DNA of 63,804 nucleotides, the filler included, from Atractiella rhizophila (taxonomy: Eukaryota), in NCBI GenBank assembly GCA_021432655.1. It is 9 parts of 9 records of this genome, joined end to end, with 100 filler letters (N's around TTAATTAATTAA, not from the genome) between each part and the next. Parts side by side here need not be neighbours in the genome. Positions count along the whole stretch, not along the records: positions 34,989 to 45,036 come from MU272090.1; positions 45,137 to 55,175 come from MU272091.1; 7 more parts are not named here. One strand, written 5' to 3'. Position numbers and translations under genes: made by a program. Shown here in pieces: positions 37,696 through 47,668 of the stretch. Position 1 is the stretch's first letter. Every line of letters begins with the position of its first letter. Below the pieces are notes generated by a model. That model was not told where the DNA came from and searched no databases. It saw only the letters and a list, made by a program, of their open reading frames with translations.

Positions 37696-40195
37696 ATGGC
37701 GAGCGAATACGTGAAAAATGGCAAGATCAAGCTGGGGTATTACATCTTGGCGAGATTGGAGCAGTTGGGGATCACTGTACACCTCTTTCTTCCGCCACAC
37801 TTTGCATCCAGTTTGCGGCGTTGAGTGCTAATTTGGCTGTCGACAGAAAATCTTCGGTGTCCCTGGAGACTTCAACCTCGGCTGGCTCGATTTCATCGAG
37901 GACCACAAAACTATTGATTGGGTAGGATGTTGCAAGTCTGTTTTCATGTCCAGCCTATCAGCATAAGCTCACGAGAACATGGTGTGGTTCAGTGAATTGT
38001 TCGTTCTTCATTCATCATGAGAGATTGATGTTAGAAGGCTAAGCTATATGCAAAACATGCAGGAACGCAAGCTACGCAGCAGACGGTTTCGCGCGGATCA
38101 AGCAGGTTCAACAGGTTCGTGAGGACGTTGCTTCGAAAGCGTCGGAAGGAGAAAATCCTCCCCGAGGTGGTGTATACGGTCTGGGTTCGTCTTTAGGCTT
38201 CTTCTCCGCTTTTCTCTCCTTTTGGCTCATCCTAACATATTTGTGTGACTGGTGACTAGGCGTGCTCTGCACAACCTTTGGCGTGGGCGAGCTCTCTTGC
38301 GTCAACGGTGTGGCTGGCGCATTCTCGGAGCATATCCCCATGTTACACATTGTCGGCGTACCAGCGTCTCACCTCCAGGAGAGACATGCTATTCTGCACC
38401 ATACGCTCGGAGATGGCCGTTTTGATGCATATCAGAAAGTCGCGGAACATGTTACCAGCTATCAGGCTTATATTACCAAACCAGAATCTGCTGGTGTGCA
38501 GGTGGACAAGGCTATAAAGCATGCTTTGAAAACCGTGAGTTTTTGCTTTCTATCAACGCAGACAAGCTGATAAGATATGCATGATGAAGGCTCGTCCCAC
38601 CTACCTTACCCTCCCCACAGATCTCGTACAGAAGTGGGTCAACGCCTCTCCACTTTCAGAGCCATTGTTTAAAGGCATGTTGTCAACTACTGCTTAGAAC
38701 TTCTAACGACATTTTATGGGCAGGAGCCTTAACATCTGACCCCTTCCTCCCTTCTGGCACCTCCATCTCATCTGACGAGCAATCCTTCGTCGTGCGTCGC
38801 ATTGAGAAGATGTGGGCCGCCGCCAAAGATCCAGTGATACTAGTGGACGCTTGTGCGATCCGTTTCGGAGTAGTACATCTCGTCAGGGACTTGATTCGCA
38901 AGACCGGCGTTAGGTGGTTCAGCAGCCCGATGGGTAAGACTGGAGTGAGCGAGACCGAAGAGGGATTTGCAGGTGTTTATAGTACGCATTCAGACTTCTC
39001 ATTGAGCATGAGCATGCAGCTGCAGGTGATGGCGAGCTGAGGCCCGTGATGCTGATTTGTTTTGGGATAACAGTTGGCGAAACTTCATTCCCGCACGTCA
39101 AAGAGAGCTTTGAGAAAGCCGATCTTATCATTACAATCGGCACCATCAAGAGCGACTGTAAGACCCTCTCACATTTAGATTTGCGCTGATATTCGAACTT
39201 GTAGTTAACTCTGGTGCATTCAGCTGGAAGTTCCCAACTGAACAAGTAGTCGAGTTGCACTCGGACCACGTTTTAATCCAGTATGGACGCTACGAGAACG
39301 TATCGTTCCATTCTATCCTCCCAGAGCTGACAGCGAGTCTCTCCCATCCTTCCTCTGCAACTCCACTCCCCAAAGCCGTTCAAATGGAAGTGGAGAAGTA
39401 TTCCTCCAACAGTCAGATCAAGCAGGACACGTTCTGGCAGACTTGTGGTCGCTTCTTCAAAGAAGACGACATTATCATTGGTGAAACTGGGACGGCTCTG
39501 TTCGGTCTGCTGGATGTGAAGATGCCGAAGAACTCCACCTTTGTGGGACAGGTTCTGTGGGGTAGCATAGGATGGTATGTAGAGACTCTTCTCTATTCTC
39601 AGAAGAAAGCGAAGTTGAAAGTTGCCGATAGGACGGGAGGAGCGACGCTTGGCTGTTTACTCGCTGCCCAGGAAAGCCCAGTCCCTCGAAGGACTGTTCT
39701 TTTTATCGGCGATGGATCCTTCCAGCTTACGGTACAAGAGGTCTCCTCCATGATCCGTCTCGGACTCAAGCCTATTATTGTGGTTCTTGAGAACAAGGGG
39801 TATACGATCGAGCGATTCATTCATGGGTTTGTCCCCCCTTCGCGCGGCAGAATGGATTCAGAGCGTAAAACTGACAATCGCACAGGAAAGAGAGGAAATA
39901 TAATGATGTCCAACCGTGGAAATGGCAGCAGCTTCTCCAACTGTTCAGTCCTCATGAAGGCAAATACCGAGTGCTGAAAGCGAGCACGATGGGGGAACTG
40001 GAGAACATCTTTTTCAAGGACGAGGAGTTTGCGAGGGCGGATAAGATCACGTTGCTTGAGGTGAGCACGTTTCCCTTCCAGCGAAGTGACGGTGATGTAA
40101 GTGGGCGGAAGGTCGATCTGGATCCTCTGGACTGTCCAAGAGCTCTGTTGCAGCAGAGTGCAAAGAGTGGAGAGACGAATAAGTACGACGAGTAG
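37696..40195 (+). CDS. PDC1: Pyruvate (2-oxo-acid) decarboxylase, many exons
   Basis: IFGVPGDFNL; CCN|EL|NASYAADG; TTFGVGELS; ILHHTLGDG; QVLWGSIGW; FIGDGSFQLTVQE...N.GYTIER (TPP-binding motif). Confidence 0.95.
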
Positions 40196-40425
40196 ACTTC
40201 GATGCTAAGTGACCATCAAAACCTGTCTCAAAATTGGTACCTGTAGCTTGCATGTAAACTAATCGAAAATAAAAGTCGAATGAATGTATTTTGGGCTCAG
40301 ATATCTACTACAGGAAAAGCTCCCACGATTCGATCGTGCCACCCTCTGCATCTCTGCATGGATAACGTGACATCCTCATCATCAGCTGTCGTCAACCGGC
40401 AACCGCCAGAATTTCAACCACGACT

Positions 40426-41035
40426 ATGGCTACCACAACTCTCGCCAGGCGGCAGTTGCTGCATCTTTCCGCCCGTCCAAGCGTATCAGCGAGTTCTCTC
40501 ATTCGTAAGTCCTAACATTTTGGAGAGAAGGCTGCTTATGATGAAATGTGAAGTTCTACGCCCTTCGTCTCGTCCTATCCAGACCACCTCGGCACCTCCG
40601 GACCACCTCTCCCGTCTCCGTCTCGAGCGCCCTATCTCTCCCCACTTCACAATCTACCAGCCGCAACTGACATGGTATTCTTCCATCTTTAACCGTGTGA
40701 CCGGCGTCGCCCTCTCTACCGCTCTTTACGGTTTTTCAATCGGCTACCTTGGAGGTATATGGGACGCCAACACCTTCATCAATCTGGTCGCGAGCTTTCC
40801 GGAGTGGTTGAAAGTGCTTGGGAAGGGCACGGTTGCGTTGCCTTTTTGGTTCCATACCTGGAATGGCTTCAGGCATTTGGGATGGGATCTAGGATATTGT
40901 ATGTTTCTTTCGCGAGTGAAAGGGCGGAGTGTGATGATCATGAATGCAGTTCTGAATTTGAAAACGAGCTATACCGCTGGATACACCGTCATTGGTCTCA
41001 CTGCGGTTACAACTGTCGTCACCGCTCTGTTGTGA
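40426..41035 (+). CDS. SDH3: Succinate dehydrogenase cytochrome b560 subunit
   Basis: RPISPHFTIYQPQLTWYSSIFNRVTG; PFWFHTWNGFRHLGWD; two short introns. Confidence 0.95.
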
Positions 41036-41279
41036 GCATTTGAGAACGGAGGCTGGAGCAGGAGACAGTTGTAGTTACAGCATACTGAGGACGCGAATGA
41101 TGGACAAATCAACTGATCCCAATGAATTGTTCACGCCCACAACAATAAGGTGGGCCTAACATAATAGTATTACCACATCGTATCAAGCTAGTTTGACATA
41201 CAAAATCGTAAAAATCGCAACTTAGTAACTTAAGTTGTGCGATGGGTTTGCGATATCACCGATTCATCCTTCGCTACTC

Positions 41280-41660
41280 CACCTCATTCCTCTCCTCCGA
41301 GAAGGGAGGGGAAGTTATACGGCTGAGCGAAAGCTGACAATGCGGAGAACGCATGGAGTGAGGGCAGTACAACCCTTGCAAGGGCAAAATCCTGGTGATC
41401 TGAGGAACGTCGGGTGGGGTGAGGAGGCGATCGAACAATCTAGGTCCCCAGTCTGCTCCGCCAATATCCTTGATTCATCCTTCTCTATTCCTGCTTTCCT
41501 GCTAAAATACTCTCCTCCCAAAACGGAAGTTGTGTGGCTGGGCAAGAGCTGCAGATGCCGAGAACAAATCTAGAGGGAAGTACAAGCCAGCGAGGGTAAA
41601 CCCTCCTCGGTGCTCAGAGGAATGTCACGGTGGGGTGAGGAGGCGAACCCGTGACGCTCG
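41280..41660 (-). repeat. Two decayed copies of the membrane module, downstream of the stop codon
   Basis: Shared anchor GGTGGGGTGAGGAGGCGA at about 41413 and 41629. Both copies align by eye with coding module 41740-41880 but carry frameshifts or stops. Confidence 0.75.
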
Positions 41661-41669
41661 GGAATTATT

Positions 41670-42950
41670 TTACTGATGCCCTGATGAGAAAGAACCTAGG
41701 GTCGTCTCCTCCTCCGCCGATACCCTTTCCTTGTCAGATCCTGCCGGAATATTCTCCTCGGAGAAAAGGGAAGCTGTACAGCTGACAATGTAGAGGACGC
41801 ATCCAGTGGCAGCAAATACGATTCCAGCGAGAGCAAACCCTTTGCTGGTGCTATGGGGAATCTCAGGATGCGATGCAATCGAAGCCGCGACGGCTGCTAA
41901 GGCGATGAAGATTGCTGAGCAGCGTTTGAGGGAGGAGATTCTCCGCAGGAAATTTGAGCGAATGATGGATGACGAGGGTGGCGGAGCAGAGACATCAAGA
42001 ATAAGTTTTATTATTCTCTCCTCCAAGATTTCGACCACGACGCCAGCTACATAGAGGACACATGAGATAGAGGAAATGATCGTTCCTGTGATGGCAAATC
42101 CGCTCCTGACCTCTACAGAAAGTGTTGGATTCGCAGCTATTGAAGCCGTGAGAGTGGAGAGGGCTAATGAGGGATTTAAAGCCGTCCTCACTTCTCGGAG
42201 GCGTCTGACAAAATAGCTCATTCGAAGATACGAGTCGTAACGACTTGAAGCGTTCTTCATCGAATTGGATCCGATACGTAGACGACGCGCCAGCAAGCGC
42301 GGTTGTGGTATTGTTGTGAAAGTGAGAGTGCGATGAACGAGATAATACCTCCCTTCCTCGTCAGGATCCGGGTGAAAGAAGTCTGATAGGTCGCCACTTG
42401 CAACTATGCCGTCGACTGGGTCTTCGCATACAGCCCGAAATGAAGATTTGATGCGAAGATTTGAGCCATCGAACTTGGTGGAAAGGATGATGAGCTCAAA
42501 GCGTATAAGGGGATACCACAATTGGCGATAAACCCATGAAAATCCCTGTGTTAAAGAAGCTTCTCTGCTGTAGCGGGGGAAACTGATAGACCATATTGAC
42601 TCGTGGGCTTTCGACAGGTGATGCCTTGGGTTATGATAAGTCGAAAACTCATCCAAGCTCATCGTTTGACCATCTCTTCCCAGGCACGCTAGCACTTACT
42701 CAGCTGATAGCTTCACGAAGTCAGACCGAGACTTACACAATGTGTTTCTTGCTACGTCCTCTGCTTTCAAGAAACGACGAGGCAATTGAGTACCGTCTGC
42801 CAACCCCGTTGAACTAGAGCTAGAGGCTATCCCATGACGTTCCCCAGTTTGTTGAGGTGCGATGTCTGTAGGGTGATGTGAATATGGCACCCTGGTCGTT
42901 GGATTGAACGAATCGAGAGGAGCTATTACCTCGCCGTCACAAGAGCCCAT
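41670..42950 (-). CDS. Hypothetical protein: soluble N-domain plus two tandem two-helix membrane modules
   Basis: ORFs 42950-42696 and 42695-41670, joined by a probable intron (GTAAGT donor). Internal repeat ASIAANP...GFAITG.I.....CVLYV / ASIASHP...GFALAG.V.....CVLYI. Confidence 0.6.
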
Positions 42951-43844
42951 AGCTGTTTGTCAAATGGTCAAAGGAATGAACAGCGAAGCACGTGACGAAG
43001 GACCCACTCGCAACTTAAAATCGATTGACGGAAAGATGCAAAAATCAAAATCGTATCGTCGAATCCAAACACAATGGGTTGAGATCGTGGAGGGTAAACT
43101 AGGAAGAAATGTTTTGGGGAAAGTCCTTCGTTGTTCACTTAGCTTGGAAGTCAAAGCACGGACGTTAGGTGGACTGCTGATCCAAAGTGTCGGTGTTGCC
43201 TCCAAATAGAAAAAGGCGACTTGGTGAATTCCAGGAATGTTCGAGAGCCAGACCTATATATATCGTCCGCTTTCAATGGGGCGCGGTTGTAACTTAGTGA
43301 TCTGATGCTCCGATGTCATGCATGTGACGTCGGACCTAAACCAGATTGCATTGAATTCAGTGAGTTTCTCCTAAATAAACTGTACTTGCTTTTAAATAGT
43401 GTTTAGGAGTAATAAAGTGTGCTTCCACCGAGGCTGAAGCCGCCACGGCCACCCGAAACCTTATGGAACTGATCGGGACATCATGCAAGAAAACAACGCG
43501 GCAAACTGGTCGCCGCGAGGGTTTGCGGCCGCGCGCTCAAAAGGGTTTTGCGCTCAATTTCGGGGAGATTTGCGCCGCAACGGGCTGCAAACACAAAAGT
43601 GGTCGCCATCAAATATTATGGAATGCAAAAACGTAGTAATGATTAATGCTTCATCATGGACATAATTTAGACTGATCCAGTGTCTATGAAAAGGAATGTG
43701 TCTGTCTCTGAAGCAAAAAAAAATAAATAAATAAAGATATGGGTATGTTGAAACTTGAAATGTGATCGCACCTTCCGACATCAATACCCAATGTGTTTTC
43801 CTGTTAAGTCGCTTGAACGCAACATATATGATGCTGTTGTTGCC

Positions 43845-44510
43845 CTGTATAACATGTAATAACGATGAGTGAACATTAAAAAAGTGGAGGACAAAATACA
43901 CACTTCATATATATCAAAAAATGCAATTCCACATTGCTTCGCCATTATCTATCGTATTTTAGATGTGAGTAGCGCGAATGGGAGGCCTGAGATGTAGCTT
44001 CAACGACGTATAATGTGTATTGAGAATGAGCGAATATTAAAAAAAGCGGAGGACAAAATACGCACTTCATATGCATCAAAAATGCAACTCCTCATTGCTT
44101 TGCCATTATCCATCGTATTTTAGACGTGAGGAGCGCAAACTTCAACGATGTATAATGTATATTGGGAACGAGTGAACATTAAAAAAAGCGGAGGACAAAA
44201 CACGCACCTCATATACATCAAAAAAAGCAATTCCTCATTGCTTCGCTATTATCCATTGTATTTTAGACGTGAGGGCGAGGAGCGATGGGCTTGGGGCTAG
44301 ATATTACTACATATAATGCATAATAAGAGTGAGCAAACATCAAAAAAAGCGAAGGAAAAAATACACACCCTATATATGTCAAACATATGATTCCATATTA
44401 CTTGGCCATTATCCATCGTATCTCAGGCGTGAGTACATCGAATGTGAGGCCAGAGAGCTAGCTATCACGATGTATAAGGATTATTAGCATTGAGGGGATA
44501 TTAACAAAGC
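43845..44510. repeat. AT-rich tandem repeat, ~160-bp unit, about 4 copies plus a partial
   Basis: Unit starts GAG(T/C)(G/A)AA(C/T)AT(T/C)AAAAAA at 43867, 44028, 44170, 44331 (periods 161, 142, 161). Conserved cores GGACAAAATAC, CATTGCTT, ATTATCCATCGTATTTTAGA. Confidence 0.9.
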
Positions 44511-45136
44511 AGAGCATCAACTCGCATTATATTTACATTGTCTGACTCCGCAACAGTGCATTCAGTCCTCTTGCAACTGCAGCTGTAATGGATCAAATAA
44601 GCTGTAAGGTAGCGGAGGTGGCTTGATATCTGGCTCCAAAAGTTCTCGATTTAGATGAGGGCGTTTGGAGGAGATGGCGAGCGTAGTAGTGGCATCATCC
44701 TCACTATCCAATTGGGTCGCCATGCGCTTTTCTGGCAAGCAAAATGTACTGATCGCAGAATGTTGTAAAGGAGTGTTCTCGGGTTTCTATAACAGCTCAA
44801 TATGAATATACTCTCATGTTGAGAAGACTGGGAAAGAGAAGACTTACAGCCTTCGGAAACACCTCCATTTCAACATCAGAGTCCACAGGAAGCTCACCAT
44901 TCATGACAACCTGTTAGGGCTGACACTATGTGCGGTCGGCGCCGACGGGCGATGCGTCTGTAGTGGAGATAAACCTAAGAGCATGATATGACATGAAGAC
45001 TAACCTGTAGTGGAGATAAACCTAAGAGAATACTCTNNNNNNNNNNNNNNNNNNNNNNNNNNNNNNNNNNNNNNNNNNNNTTAATTAATTAANNNNNNNN
45101 NNNNNNNNNNNNNNNNNNNNNNNNNNNNNNNNNNNN

Positions 45137-46603
45137 AGCTCCGGTTTCATCTTCCCTCTCATCGTCATCGACTGGCTCGTCGAATAGTTCTCCATCCTCA
45201 TCTTCTTCCTCTTCTTCAATGACGACAGTATCCCCTATCCTTCTCTCCCTCACGTTTCGCACCTCCCACCCACCCCTGACGTCTTCCTCCCTCCAATGTC
45301 CCCTCTTCCACGCTTTAGGATCAAGACCCAGCGTCGGTCCAGCGAATGGATTCCGGTCGCGAGAGACGCCGACAAAGATAGCGAATGTGAGATAGTGCAT
45401 GAAGGAGAGGAGGAGGGAGAAAAGGAGGAGGAGGAGGAGGGGCGAACGGTGGGAAGGATGTGTTTGGACAAGGACGTTGAAGAAGTAGAGAGAGAGGAAA
45501 ATGGTGACCTGTGATGAAATCGTGAGTACGATCTACAACACCTGCGAGCGCCTTTGGGTTTCACGAAGGTGGTGTCAATCCAAGAACGGCACTCTTGTGG
45601 GAACCCATAATATTGACATTATTTCTGGCACAGTTGAACACCAAGTTCAAACAGAAAGGGGGAACTGCCTTGCACGGGCACTTCGACCTCTGAGCGAGCG
45701 TTTGGACAACATTCAAAGAAGCAGTTTCAGAGGGATGCAAACAACGCTCTGCATTATTCTCTTTTTGCTTTAGCTCATTAACATGTTCATCTTGATAATC
45801 GGAGGAAGTAAGCGTTGCAGTCGCGACGCAACGCAGAGAAAATAGCAGCTCGCAATATCAACCTTTGGAGCCAGGAGCAGAGATAGGCTTGCCTCCAAAG
45901 TTCTCTTCCATTCTGTCTGCTACTATTCCATCAGATCGTAGGGGTCATTGCTCATGCAGAGCACACTCTTCGAAGACTGTGTCTTCCGATACACAGTCGC
46001 CAGGAGCATTCTCTCCACTTCACCTTGTTCAAATATTCAACGCAGCGATATGCAGAAGCATCAGGTGTGCCTCTCCGGGGCGCCGATAATTTCACGAGAA
46101 AAAGAGCACTCACCAGTCCGCATCCTGCTAACACCCAACCCCTCTCCCTAATCCTCCTCGAAGCACCCGTGTGTCCCACCAATATCGCTCTCCCGATTCC
46201 CCAGCCCACCAATCCCCAGCCTACTTCTCTCCTGTCTCCAGGCACGCCTTTCGTGGCAAAATAAATTAAGCATCCGAGTTGTACGGCGAGGTCTAGAATG
46301 CTGAAACGACGAGTAGAAAGTAGAACTTTGGCCTAGGAAGCTGTCTTGACCATAACCATGCGTTAGAGTTAGTTATCATCAGAAGAGGGGACAAACGCGT
46401 AATAGATCTCTCTTTTTCAGCTTTCTAAGAGAACCGCTGGAGGCAGAGCGACGCCTGAAAGGACGGGAGGAATCGGACGGCGCTGTTTCTTGGGGAGACT
46501 GGCAATCGGAGTGGGAAGGAGCGTTGGGGAGCACGAGCAGGAACCCGGAGTCGCGCCTCGCCTTTGGTGGATGGTTTGCGGTCGAAGTGGAGGCAGATGA
46601 CAT
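45137..46603 (-). CDS. Hypothetical membrane protein (about 4 TM), 3'-truncated
   Basis: Model: MSSASTSTANHPP...LLR|LPRPKFYFLLVV[F]SILDLAVQLGCLIYF...GWVLAGCGL|VTIFLSLYFFNVLVQ...LLSFMHYLTFAIFVG. Needs one homopolymer fix (~46305) and a 605-nt intron. Confidence 0.5.
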
Positions 46604-47668
46604 TTGGGTTGGTTCTGCTGCGTTCCCAGGTTAACAAGGTGGAGCAGCTGGGATAGAGTTCGGATAAATAACGTTCAGTTGGCATCTGCACTATCGCATT
46701 GGTTCATCCGAATTTGCGGTATCCTTCCCGCTTTTCCCAGCTGCCATTCCCGACCCTGCTCCGAATATATTTATGCTTTCCCCTGCTTTTCATCCATCCT
46801 GTACTCGTTGACCAGTGTTGAAGTAAGCCACAGAGCTAGCCACAAACATGCTTTCCCGCAATTCCTTCAAGATTACAGTCAGTTTCCTTCTTTTTGCAGA
46901 ACGGGGACAGCATTACTTTTCTTACACAACACCTCAACCATCTCGCCCGCTAGAAGAGTTCCAAGAGAACCCAGAAGCGTTATATTCAGTGAGGTTGGAG
47001 ATGTTGACCAACATGACCGTCCCAGGTGAGTTGTTCCCTCAAGCGGTTTGTCAGAAGATCATGACTGTTATGCAGTCGACCACGGTCCTGTATCTCTTTC
47101 CCAATCATTCGATTCGTCTAGAGAGGACTTAGGTCACTCGCCCTCAGGATCGATCAGCTGGGAGAATGCATCCAAAGTGCTCGGAAGCAGCGAATCCTTG
47201 GGCACGCTCCCAGCCGCTGAAGAGTTTGGTTACGCTTTGGAGAGGATCGAGGGGAGAAGTTGTGTTTTGTGCTCTAATGAAGGTGTGTTGACTCGAAAGT
47301 TTGGCACGTGGAGGGACTGAGTTGGTGGATAGATGTCTGCCATCGGGAAGGCAAGACGAGAAGCCCCATCCTCAAATTGCTAGAAGGACTGTTTCGCAGT
47401 CATTCCTGAATCGTCCACGCCTTGTTATACTTCTGTTACATTTGTTCTCTTTGTCAACCCTCTGCTGAAGGTCTGTTCCATGCGAATGAAGCATTGTTTT
47501 CCCCAGCCTTTGTTCACGACTGTGGGAGGAGACGATGAAGGAGGGCACTGGACAGCGTGGGGTCTGATGAGAACGATTGACAATTCCTTCCGACTATTTA
47601 CACTGTGTAACAACCATTTGTCCCGATCCGAGCTTTCTTTGAGACTCTCAAAGTCCATCGGTTTTTCT

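Noticed and set aside
46848..47470. Possible plus-strand hypothetical gene
   Set aside because: One plausible intron but no identifiable domain or reliable end.
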